DNA of 64,000 nt from Thermoplasmata archaeon. GTDB lineage: Archaea > Thermoplasmatota > JASEFT01 > JBBABA01. The notes beneath the pieces were generated by a model, which made no database searches, had not been told where the DNA came from, and saw only the letters and a program-made list of their open reading frames with translations. The position numbers were made by a program, and so were the translations under genes. Positions 1-9,110 of this stretch are shown here, one piece after another. Within the stretch, counting starts at the first letter, position 1; each line of letters starts with the position of its first letter. The stretch covers positions 40,578 to 104,577 of the forward strand of contig JBBABA010000001.1 of the NCBI GenBank assembly GCA_041657955.1, written 5' to 3'.

Positions 1-123
1 CTACGCCATTGCATTTTCTATAGTTTGTATTGGTATTAACAGTTTATATTAGTATCAGCAAACTATTAGCAAACTAAATAAGAAGATACGATATTCTGAT
101 GTATTGTTCAGAAGAGGCGCATT

Positions 124-1563
124 ATGTTAAAGACACCGGAGCAATACAAAGAAAGCTTAAGAAAGATGAGACCAAACGTCTACAAGTTTGGCGAGTTGAT
201 CGAGGACGTAACTACGCACCCAGCAACAAGGTCGACCATAGAAGGGCACGCCCAGATTTTTGCGGCGGCACAGAAACCGGAATACGAAAAAATGCTGACT
301 GCGATCTCGAGCTTAAACGGGGAAAAAATCTCCCGCTACCTGTCGATAATAGAAAGCCCCGATGACATGATCGCCAACTCCAAAATGAAACGTTTGATGT
401 TCAATCTTACAGGGACGTGTACGGGCGGCAGATGCGTCGGATGGAACTCCATAAACGCCATGTGGGCAACCACGTACGACGTGGATAAAGAATTCGGAAC
501 GGATTATCACAAGCGGTTGAAAAACTGGCTTACCCGCGCCCAATCCAACGACGTTACGCTGGCAGGTGCCCTCACGGACTCTAAGGGAAATCGCAGTTTA
601 ACGCCGTCACAGCAAAAGGATCCCGACATGAGCCTGCATATCGTAGAAGAAAGAAAGGACGGCATCGTTGTCAGGGGAGCCAAAGTCATGATCGCAGGCG
701 TTGCCGCATCCAACGAAATCTTTGTTTTACCTGGTACGGGATATAAAGAACCCGACAAAGATTATGCGATTTCATTTGTAGTGCCAAGAGATGCTGAAGG
801 TTTAACAATTATAGAGGCAAGGCGCCCGAGCGATACAAGAGAGCAGGAAGAGGGGTTCGATATACCTGTCAAGACAGGCGGAATTACGCAGGCATATCTT
901 TTCTTCGAGGATGTTTTTGTTCCAAAAGAAAGGGTGTTCATGTGCAGGGAGTATAAGTATTCCTTAAATGTTGTCCTAAACTTCATTAACCCATACAGGT
1001 CGGCAATCGGCGGCTGCGTTGCCGGACAGGGCGACGTAATGATGGGCGCCGCAGCCCTGCTCGCGAGGGCTAACGGGCTTTCGGAAAAGGCGTTTAGGGA
1101 GAAATTAACAAAGATGTGCATAAACAACGAAACCACTTTCGGCGTGGGAATAGCCGCGGCAGTTCTCGGAAAGAAGCACCCGTCGGGTGCGTGGTTGTGC
1201 GATCCTTTGCTCGCGAACGTGAACAAAATACATGTTGCTACGTTACCGTACGAAACCAAGATTTTGGCACAGGAGATAGGCGGAGGCATTGCGGAAACAG
1301 GTTGCATGCCTTCTTCCGAGGATCTGCACAACAAGAAATATGGACGCCTCATAGAGAAATATCTAAAGGCCGCTTCACCTGCGGAAACAAGAATGCGTTT
1401 GGCACGGCTTATCGAGTGGCTTACTATAGGTGCAGGCGTGCCGGGGTGCATGCACGGCGGAGGATCTCCGGAGGGTGCAAAACTAATGATATACTCAAAT
1501 ACAGATATAGAGCAATGTATAAAATTTGCGAAACAATTGGCAGGAATTAAGGAAGACATTTAA
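124..1563 (+). CDS. 4-hydroxybutyryl-CoA dehydratase / HpaB-family flavoenzyme (AbfD-like)
   Basis: 479-aa ORF; length and overall similarity to the HpaB/AbfD family; C-x3-C pair (CTGGRC) consistent with the AbfD Fe-S ligands. Confidence 0.7.
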   Translation: MLKTPEQYKESLRKMRPNVYKFGELIEDVTTHPATRSTIEGHAQIFAAAQKPEYEKMLTAISSLNGEKISRYLSIIESPDDMIANSKMKRLMFNLTGTCTGGRCVGWNSINAMWATTYDVDKEFGTDYHKRLKNWLTRAQSNDVTLAGALTDSKGNRSLTPSQQKDPDMSLHIVEERKDGIVVRGAKVMIAGVAASNEIFVLPGTGYKEPDKDYAISFVVPRDAEGLTIIEARRPSDTREQEEGFDIPVKTGGITQAYLFFEDVFVPKERVFMCREYKYSLNVVLNFINPYRSAIGGCVAGQGDVMMGAAALLARANGLSEKAFREKLTKMCINNETTFGVGIAAAVLGKKHPSGAWLCDPLLANVNKIHVATLPYETKILAQEIGGGIAETGCMPSSEDLHNKKYGRLIEKYLKAASPAETRMRLARLIEWLTIGAGVPGCMHGGGSPEGAKLMIYSNTDIEQCIKFAKQLAGIKEDI

Positions 1564-1713
1564 AGGTAGATTCTATACACTCTTCTATAAGCCAAATGGG
1601 TCGGGGGCTTAAGAAAACATTGTAAACTCTTAATTTTTGTAAGCCAAATGATTATATAATAATCAATAATATTTGTGTTTGGAGTGTATTCGAGTTTAGG
1701 GATTTGATAAAAT

Positions 1714-2151
1714 ATGGTAAAAAATGTTAGTGAATTAATGAAAGAGATAAAGAGAGAATACGATAAAAATGCAGAAAATTGGCGCATACTCAGAGGTAGG
1801 GATGATAGAGGCCATTACGATACATTTGTATTTGGTAACGAAAAGTTGTGGCATATGAAGACCGAATGGAAGACTCCGTACCAACCAGTAGGGGTGGGTA
1901 AAAAAATAGAAGATTTTTCTAACAAAGTAGAGAAGATACTTACTGAGAGAGGTGAATATTTCCCCTTCGGTGAAATTTATCCTCAAGCAAAAGACAGCGC
2001 AATTATCGCGATAGGTATAGGCAGGTATTCGCCAAGTTCTACAAAAGAATTAAAACACATAATCTCAGGACAAGAAGATCTTGAAAGGAAATTGAAGGAA
2101 GAACTAAATAGATTATTGAGAGAAGAAGAATTGATGAAAGAGTACTGCTGA
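1714..2151 (+). CDS. hypothetical protein
   Basis: 145-aa ORF in a coding-dense region; no recognisable motif. Confidence 0.4.
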   Translation: MVKNVSELMKEIKREYDKNAENWRILRGRDDRGHYDTFVFGNEKLWHMKTEWKTPYQPVGVGKKIEDFSNKVEKILTERGEYFPFGEIYPQAKDSAIIAIGIGRYSPSSTKELKHIISGQEDLERKLKEELNRLLREEELMKEYC

Positions 2152-2200
2152 GACCGCATTTAAATGTATATTTTAAACCGCACTATTTTCGATGAGTAAC

Positions 2201-2767
2201 CTATTCTACTTCTAATTTTGTCTCCTTTGGTTTTAATTTCTCGGGTATCTTGTCAGTGAATCTCCTAACCTTTGTCTTGCTCTCGTCAAGGAGTTTCTTC
2301 GAGAGCGGGTCCACATACTCCCCATCATAAACAATCTCGACAACGCTTGCATTAATCAGCATCTTCGCGCATATCACGCACGGATAAGTTGTGGAATAAA
2401 TGGTCGTGTCCTTTATGCTTGTTCCAAAGACTGCGGACTGGATAATCGCATTCTGCTCCGCATGCACGCCCCTGCACAATTCATGCCTGTAGCCGGACGG
2501 TATCGGTGTGTTGTATTCCGCAAATAATTTTTTGACTTCCTTAATCTCTTCTTCAGCATACAATTCGATATTCGGCCTGCCCATCCGCATGCACCCGACC
2601 TCTGAACAGTGTTTCAGTCCTTTCGGGGCGCCGTTATATCCGGTAGCCAGCACCCGCGTATCCTTCACGAGCACAGCCCCGACCTGCCTTCTCAAACAGG
2701 TAGAGCGTTGGCTCACCAGGTACGCCATGTTCATGAAGTATTGATCTAAGGATAATCTCTCGCTCAT
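2201..2767 (-). CDS. dCMP (deoxycytidylate) deaminase
   Basis: cytidine/dCMP deaminase zinc motifs H-A-E (HAEQNA) and PCxxC (PCVICAKM). Confidence 0.75.
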   Translation of the reverse strand: MSERLSLDQYFMNMAYLVSQRSTCLRRQVGAVLVKDTRVLATGYNGAPKGLKHCSEVGCMRMGRPNIELYAEEEIKEVKKLFAEYNTPIPSGYRHELCRGVHAEQNAIIQSAVFGTSIKDTTIYSTTYPCVICAKMLINASVVEIVYDGEYVDPLSKKLLDESKTKVRRFTDKIPEKLKPKETKLEVE

Positions 2768-2794
2768 CTGTGCTCTCTGCCTTCAAAAATAAAA

Positions 2795-2989
2795 TTATGC
2801 TTCGTATCTTGCTTTAAAACTTGTAACGTAACCAGCAACCCTGTTTCGCAATTTTTTCTTGCCATTCACGTCAGTAAGTTCTTCTACCATTTTTTTATTG
2901 TGCTGATAGTCGCTAGTAAACTCATTGGGAAATCTCTTAACCAACGCGATGGCGATGTTCTTTATGTGTGTAGATCGGATATTGCCCAT
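2795..2989 (-). CDS. rps17e: 30S ribosomal protein S17e
   Basis: 64-aa ORF; N-terminus MGNIRSTHIKNIA...FTSDYQHNKK typical of S17e. Confidence 0.85.
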   Translation of the reverse strand: MGNIRSTHIKNIAIALVKRFPNEFTSDYQHNKKMVEELTDVNGKKKLRNRVAGYVTSFKARYEA

Positions 2990-3127
2990 TTAGATACCGT
3001 ATGCCAAGAAAGATGCTTCCTGTAGATAAACGTTTCTTTTAATGATTCAGAGCATATGGGAGCATAACACACGATTTATTGGCGCCCCAAAAAACATTTA
3101 TGCGTCTAACAGCTACCTCGTTTTCAG

Positions 3128-6100
3128 ATGTTTAGGCGACCTGTTATTTTCGCAGCATTATGTGTCCTGTTGTGCCTCCTCCCAACCCCATCAGTGGCTG
3201 CTGTGAAAGCATATTCACCTCCTGCATCATATCATACTTTTTCCTCCATGGTCCAGGAACTTCAGAATCTGCAGGCAAGCCATCCGGACCTGGTGAAGAT
3301 GGAGAGCATAGGAAAGACTTGGGAAGGCCGGGATATTTGGGCTGTAAAAATTTCAGATGATGTGGCAACAAACGATTCTAGTGAGCCGGACGTGTTAATT
3401 TTCGGTGGTATCCACGCACGCGAAGTCATGGGAGTAGAGGTTCCCATGTATGTACTGAACTACCTGATAGACAAGTACGGCACGGACGAGGCGTGCACAA
3501 AATACGTCAACACAAGGGAGATATGGTTCGTGCCTATGATCAACCCTGACGGGCATGATTTTGTTGTCGTGCAGGATTACGACTGGCGCAAAAATCGGCG
3601 CCCGACAACAGGAGGAAACATCGGAGTGGACCTAAACCGAAACTGGGGGTATATGTGGGGCACGGACTCAGCTACCAGTTCGAATCCGGCGAGCGAGACC
3701 TACCACGGCCCGTATCCCTTCTCGGAGAGCGAGATAATAGCCCTACGCGATCTGTCACTCAGGCAGCGATTCGCCACATCCCTCTCATTCCATAGCTTTG
3801 GCGAATATGTACTGTTCCCCTGGGGGTATACCAACACCCATTGTCCGGACTATACCGAACTCAGCACGATGGCGAATGTGATGGCGGGCATGAACGGTTA
3901 CACCGCGATGCCAGCATATCAGCTATACGTCACGCATGGTGATTCGGACGACTGGTTATATGGTACCACCAGCACGAAGGCGTTCACAATCGAATTAGAC
4001 GACAGGTTCTATCCACCGGAAAGCTGGATAAGCGCCACCTGCATCCTAAACCGCGGACCGGTGCTATACCTCATAGGCTACCCGCATTCTCAGATTGCTG
4101 ATGCCGGAATATTCGGGCTTACCAGCCCCGCCAACGGAACGGCTATTGGATCAGACAGTGTTTTGAATGTCAACGCAAGGGTGATGAACTATGGCGATTC
4201 TGAAATTGATATTCCTGTAGAACTGGCGATCACCTCGCCGGAAGGCTATACCGATATAAACTCCACCACTGCACATTTGCGGGCGGGACAGGTGAAGGAT
4301 GTTGTTTTCTCATGGTCTCCCCCGTTCCCGGGAACAGAGAACTATACTTTGAGCGTTCGTACTAATCTTACGGGCGACGAATATTCCCGGAACGATTGGA
4401 AGAATTCTTCATTCAAAATCAAGGCAAAATACGGCGTAACCCTCAACGCCACAAATCTTTCACGCAGCGCGTTTCCAGGAGAATCCGTGAACTACTCTTT
4501 CCAGATGTTTAGCTCGAGCAATAGAGAAGACGACGTCCTATTAGCGAAGTCTGGCAACCATGCGGAATGGGTTTCAGCACCGTCTTCCATTCACATTCTG
4601 CCCGGCGGCCAAACCGAGATAAACATAAGCGTTTCCATTCCGAGAAACGCCTCCGCGGGGGGAACTGTTGTTGTTTCCATTGGGGCGCAATCTTCGACTG
4701 GAGAGGGTTCCCCTGCACTCCTCACCACTCGAACTACGATACTAGACGCCACCCCTACAGCCGATGCGGGGAATGACGTTCTAGCAAACATTAGTGAGTC
4801 ATTAGAGTTTGATGGTTCCGGTTCTTCTACGCCTATCGGCACAATATTGCGGTACGCCTGGGACTTTGGAGATGGCAACGGCAGCGAAGGCACAAAGGCG
4901 GCACATTCCTATGAAAAAGCAGGAGATTATACGGTCAAACTAATGGTGTTCAACGATTTGGATTTGCAGGGAAGCGATTATGTTAATGTCACTGTTCAGC
5001 AACTATTCAGGATAAATCTCTCTGCGGAATCCACAGATATAGCGATTGCACCTGACGAATCCGTCAAAGTTAATCTAAGTGTTGTGAACTCGGGTGATGG
5101 CTTGGATGCCGTTAATGTCGATTTAAGCGCTCTGATGTGGAACGCGTCTCTCGACACACGCTACACTTCACTGAACGCTGGGCAAAAGAAGATTATGACA
5201 TTAAACGTCACTGCTCCGGTCGATGCGTTAGCAAACGCTAAGGCACAATTCCAAATCACAACAACATCCGCGGGAAATCCTCTGGCGAAGAGTTCTGTTA
5301 CAATCACAGCTACAGTAAAAGAGACGCGAAACCTGGTGTCGAATATTTCAGAAAGCGCCATGACTGCAAATGCCGGAGACAACGCCACATTTTGGCTGAC
5401 GTTCAATAATTCGGGCAATGTCAAAGAGAAACTCCAGATGTCAGCCGAGGATTTGCCTAAAGACTGGAAGATACTGTTCTCTTCGGATGTGGCAACTGTA
5501 GGGCCGCGGAACACCACGAAAATAAAAGCAAACGTTTCCGTGCCGTCAGATGCTCTCGCAGGAAGATATGTGTTTGCGGTAAACGGCCAGCATCTGGAGG
5601 TAGTTATCAATCCAAAATATGGGTTTGAAGCCTCGGCAAAACAATCGGCAACTGCAGTTGTTTCCGGAGAGCGAGTCCTGTTCGAAGTCGTAGTAAAAAA
5701 CGCCGGCAACGCGCCTGACACCTATTTCTTAAACTTCACAGAATTGCCTGCGGGGTGGTCGATTGAAAATTCCGATGCGTTTATCGTGCCCCCTGGAGAA
5801 AATTATACAAAGAGTACAGGTGTCCGGATTCCGAGTGGCACAACGTCTGGCAAGTACAATTTGACGTTTCAAATCTGCTCAGCCAATTCTACCAATATCA
5901 TAAAAAATTTGACGTTCCAAATAGAAGTGTCTGAAACACCGGTGGATAATGAGATAGCAAGCGAGTCCGAGGGTTTCTTTTCATCTCCAATATTTATCAT
6001 GAGCGCGATAGCTATTTTAATCATCCTGTCTGCGGCGGGCATCGGAATATATTACGTTTCCTGGACTATCCGGAAGAGCGATTCGATGAGCCGACCGTCC

Positions 6101-6391
6101 GCGGGTAGGTCCGGCACACCACCCACGAACATAGCCGGTGCGCCACCGGCGAATATGCCCAGTACATCTGTGATGCCCCCGCCCGAAAAATATCAACCAG
6201 AGGGGCACCCACCAGGGCCCCCACAATCGCAGACCATACTCGTGCAGGATACATACGTACCGTGCTTCCAGTGCCGCATGCCTCTGAATAAAGGCGAGAG
6301 TGGAAGGCTCTGCCCATCATGCGGTGCTGTCTTCCATGAATACTGCGCACATGCTACCGAGAGGTGCCACAGGTGCGGATGGTTGTTTTGA
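3128..6391 (+). CDS. secreted multidomain M14 zinc carboxypeptidase with PKD domain, C-terminal TM helix and cytoplasmic zinc-ribbon tail
   Basis: signal peptide; M14 motifs (GGIHAREV, HSFG); PKD-like WDFGDGN segment; hydrophobic helix near C-terminus followed by Pro-rich stretch and Cys-rich ribbon (CFQC...CPSC...CHRC). Confidence 0.8.
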   Translation: MFRRPVIFAALCVLLCLLPTPSVAAVKAYSPPASYHTFSSMVQELQNLQASHPDLVKMESIGKTWEGRDIWAVKISDDVATNDSSEPDVLIFGGIHAREVMGVEVPMYVLNYLIDKYGTDEACTKYVNTREIWFVPMINPDGHDFVVVQDYDWRKNRRPTTGGNIGVDLNRNWGYMWGTDSATSSNPASETYHGPYPFSESEIIALRDLSLRQRFATSLSFHSFGEYVLFPWGYTNTHCPDYTELSTMANVMAGMNGYTAMPAYQLYVTHGDSDDWLYGTTSTKAFTIELDDRFYPPESWISATCILNRGPVLYLIGYPHSQIADAGIFGLTSPANGTAIGSDSVLNVNARVMNYGDSEIDIPVELAITSPEGYTDINSTTAHLRAGQVKDVVFSWSPPFPGTENYTLSVRTNLTGDEYSRNDWKNSSFKIKAKYGVTLNATNLSRSAFPGESVNYSFQMFSSSNREDDVLLAKSGNHAEWVSAPSSIHILPGGQTEINISVSIPRNASAGGTVVVSIGAQSSTGEGSPALLTTRTTILDATPTADAGNDVLANISESLEFDGSGSSTPIGTILRYAWDFGDGNGSEGTKAAHSYEKAGDYTVKLMVFNDLDLQGSDYVNVTVQQLFRINLSAESTDIAIAPDESVKVNLSVVNSGDGLDAVNVDLSALMWNASLDTRYTSLNAGQKKIMTLNVTAPVDALANAKAQFQITTTSAGNPLAKSSVTITATVKETRNLVSNISESAMTANAGDNATFWLTFNNSGNVKEKLQMSAEDLPKDWKILFSSDVATVGPRNTTKIKANVSVPSDALAGRYVFAVNGQHLEVVINPKYGFEASAKQSATAVVSGERVLFEVVVKNAGNAPDTYFLNFTELPAGWSIENSDAFIVPPGENYTKSTGVRIPSGTTSGKYNLTFQICSANSTNIIKNLTFQIEVSETPVDNEIASESEGFFSSPIFIMSAIAILIILSAAGIGIYYVSWTIRKSDSMSRPSAGRSGTPPTNIAGAPPANMPSTSVMPPPEKYQPEGHPPGPPQSQTILVQDTYVPCFQCRMPLNKGESGRLCPSCGAVFHEYCAHATERCHRCGWLF

Positions 6392-6526
6392 GAAGCGCTG
6401 TGTTTTGGTTGCGTCTACACTAAATTCTTCGAAATGTGTTGTTTAATGCTAAATAGTTCAGATTTTCAGTTTCCCAATAGATTAAATTATAAACCATGAT
6501 GCTATTTTACGAAGAGAATATAAAAC

Positions 6527-6611
6527 GCAGGGGTAGTCAAGCTTGGCCAAAGGCGCAGGACTTAAGATCCTGTCTCGCAGGAGTACATGGGTTCAAATCC
6601 CTTCCCCTGCA
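6527..6611 (+). tRNA. tRNA-Leu (anticodon TAA)
   Basis: cloverleaf folded by hand: acceptor GCAGGGG/CCCCTGC, anticodon loop CTTAAGA, long variable arm, T-loop GGTTCAAATCC. Confidence 0.85.
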
Positions 6612-6676
6612 CTAATTAATCAAGGTACTACAAGTTTTGAATGATAAAAATAAAATTTTTCAAATAAGGTGCTTGT

Positions 6677-7162
6677 ATGGGCGTATTCAGCAAAAGAAAA
6701 AAAGACGACAACAAAGAAACAAAAGACAGTAATAAAGAGGCAAAAGACATTAATAAAGAAACAAAAGAAGAAAAAGAAACTCCTCAAAGGCGCAGAGTCT
6801 GGGGGATCAAAGAAAAAACATTAAAATTAATATTAGAAGTCTCGAAAGAAAGTTACCCGAATGAGTTTGCAGGTTTGCTGCGAGTTAAAAAAGGAATCAT
6901 AAGTGAATTGATCCTCCTGCCAGGGACGTTTTCCGGCGAAGATAACGCTATTTACCATCTTCACATGCTGCCTATCGACCTGAGCATAATCGGCACTGTC
7001 CACAGCCACCCGTCCGGAAACAACAGGCCGTCTGGCGCGGACCTGGCCCTGTTCAGTCATTATGGCAGCACACACATTATAGTGGGCACACCCTACGATA
7101 CGAGGTCTTGGAAAGCGTACGATACTGCTGGGAATTTGATACAATTGGAAGTCGTTGCATAA
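6677..7162 (+). CDS. JAMM/MPN-family metalloprotease (Mov34-like) with lysine-rich N-terminal tail
   Basis: JAMM motif HSHPSGNNRPSGAD (HxHx7SxxD). Confidence 0.75.
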   Translation: MGVFSKRKKDDNKETKDSNKEAKDINKETKEEKETPQRRRVWGIKEKTLKLILEVSKESYPNEFAGLLRVKKGIISELILLPGTFSGEDNAIYHLHMLPIDLSIIGTVHSHPSGNNRPSGADLALFSHYGSTHIIVGTPYDTRSWKAYDTAGNLIQLEVVA

Positions 7163-7294
7163 ATTAGAACAAACAAATAATGAAAGCGCCTAAATTGTAA
7201 AGATTCTAGAAATATTCAATACCCCCATCAAATAACAATAATGAAAATGAATATTTTATTCTGCTTGTCCGCCGTCTTTTTTCTCTGATCCGTA

Positions 7295-9049
7295 TTAGGT
7301 TTTTCTCTTCCTTAACGCGCATGAACAGATACCGACAAGCGGCAAAAGCAACGCAAATTCAAATCCGGGTATGAAGAAACTATCTACCTGCCCGGTCTTT
7401 ACGACTATAGAATCCTTTCCTTCTTTGCCAGAATCGTCAATCACCCTGAATACTGCGCGGTAGACACCGTTTTTTGGATACGTGTAATACACTTCTCCCG
7501 TGGTTGTGGAGTTCCAATCATACATGCCGTCGCCGTCAAAGTCCCATTGATAGTAGATTATTTTTCCGTCGGTGTCCGTGCCTTCGCCGTAGAAATGTAT
7601 TGTTGTGTTTCCTCCGACCGCTATGTCTCTCCCTGCGTTTGCGACCGGCGGTTTCTTGTTCGGATCAAGGTCGCCTATGATTATAGGAATTTTTGATGTA
7701 TCCGCGCTTATTGTCCCTTCGTTGTCCATTACTCTCAGCGAGGCTTCGTATCTCCCGCTGCGGGTGTATGTGTAGCGCGCACTTGGTAAAGTGGTCCATC
7801 CGCTATCAGTGCCGTCGCCGAAAATAAAGATGTATTTTTCAACAGCGCCGTCATTGTCCGTAGATTCCAAGCCATAAAAAGTAACAGATTTTCCTACATC
7901 GGCAACTACCGTATTCACTGTCAGCACGGGTTTCGGTCTTTGATTTGGATACTTCAAGACTTTGCCGCTGGTGCCGACGATTAGGGCATAGCCATTGTAA
8001 TCGCCGCCATACTCGCCCGTATATGGCCTCCAGGATACGGAGTACAAATCCATGTCCATTTCCGTGGATAGTGTTTCGATCGAGCTCTCGTTGCCGTATC
8101 TCAGTACGGTTCCCTTTTCTCCGACAATAATCGCGTATTCGCCGTCCGGTTTCCAGGAAATCTTGGTTAACTGCGTATTTTTCCATGCTACATCCGCATA
8201 TTTTGTTGAATCTACAGCTGTTTTTGTCTTGTAAGTGTTGCCGTCGTATTTCAGTATAACACCCCTGCTGCCCACAATGATCCCGTAATCGTCGTTTGGC
8301 CTCCAGGATATGCTTTGCAGCCAACTGTAACCCGCGGCAGCATCTATATTATACGAAATGTCTGAAAAACTGCTGGAGTAGTATCTCAATACAGTTCCGG
8401 AGTAACCGACACAAACAGCGAACGTGCCTCTTCTGCTCCATGCGATGCCGTGTAAATCGTCTGTCGTACCACTCTTAAACGATAGGTTTTGCACTTCTAC
8501 ACCATTGTATGTAAGCACAGAGCCGCTGTAGCCTACAATCATAGCATAAGTGCCGTCAGGAGACCAGGTAATGCTTCGCAACATGCTGCTGGTTCCGTTT
8601 TTAATAAACTCGCTTGAAAGATTCGTTATAGTGTCTGTCGCATTATCGTATCTCAAGATTGCTCCAAGATAGCTCTTCGCCTTATAGTCACCTACAATCA
8701 GCGCATAATCTTCGTATGGCGACCATGCAACATCATACAAATCGAAGTTCGAGTAATTGACAGATCCGTTTACCGTGGTGAACGCGCTACCATCATATTT
8801 CAAAATCGTGCCGTTGTTGCCAACGACCAGCGCGCAACTGCCGTCGGGTTTCCATGAAACTCCCCGGAGTGTATTTGTTGTCCCCGTGGAGATGACTGCT
8901 TTGTTGTCATAATCTACGAACGCCAAATCATTGTTATCCGCACGAACTGGTACTGTACTCAATAGTGGTGTCAGTATGAAAGTAAGTACGATCGCCCCTG
9001 CGAGCAGTCTTTTTTTCATGTTAATTTCTTCAGCCGCTTCCTTTTTCAT
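7295..9049 (-). CDS. surface protein: PD40-like beta-propeller repeats + PKD domains + PGF-CTERM anchor
   Basis: signal peptide (probable start at M11, 9019); ~8 repeats of W-x-PDG-x-YA-x-IVG; two PKD-like segments; C-terminal ...IPGFEFALLLPLVGI...RKRKT. Confidence 0.7.
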   Translation of the reverse strand: MKKEAAEEINMKKRLLAGAIVLTFILTPLLSTVPVRADNNDLAFVDYDNKAVISTGTTNTLRGVSWKPDGSCALVVGNNGTILKYDGSAFTTVNGSVNYSNFDLYDVAWSPYEDYALIVGDYKAKSYLGAILRYDNATDTITNLSSEFIKNGTSSMLRSITWSPDGTYAMIVGYSGSVLTYNGVEVQNLSFKSGTTDDLHGIAWSRRGTFAVCVGYSGTVLRYYSSSFSDISYNIDAAAGYSWLQSISWRPNDDYGIIVGSRGVILKYDGNTYKTKTAVDSTKYADVAWKNTQLTKISWKPDGEYAIIVGEKGTVLRYGNESSIETLSTEMDMDLYSVSWRPYTGEYGGDYNGYALIVGTSGKVLKYPNQRPKPVLTVNTVVADVGKSVTFYGLESTDNDGAVEKYIFIFGDGTDSGWTTLPSARYTYTRSGRYEASLRVMDNEGTISADTSKIPIIIGDLDPNKKPPVANAGRDIAVGGNTTIHFYGEGTDTDGKIIYYQWDFDGDGMYDWNSTTTGEVYYTYPKNGVYRAVFRVIDDSGKEGKDSIVVKTGQVDSFFIPGFEFALLLPLVGICSCALRKRKT

Positions 9050-9110
9050 ATAGCGTCTCCTTTTTGCGCACTCCGATAAAGTTATGAACCGACGAAATAT
9101 TAAACTAACC

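Noticed and set aside
5161-5721. 186-aa antisense ORF inside the M14 protease gene, and similar long antisense ORFs (32382..33257, 53467..54069, 56717..57250)
   Set aside because: Each lies entirely inside and antisense to a gene with strong family motifs; no independent support.
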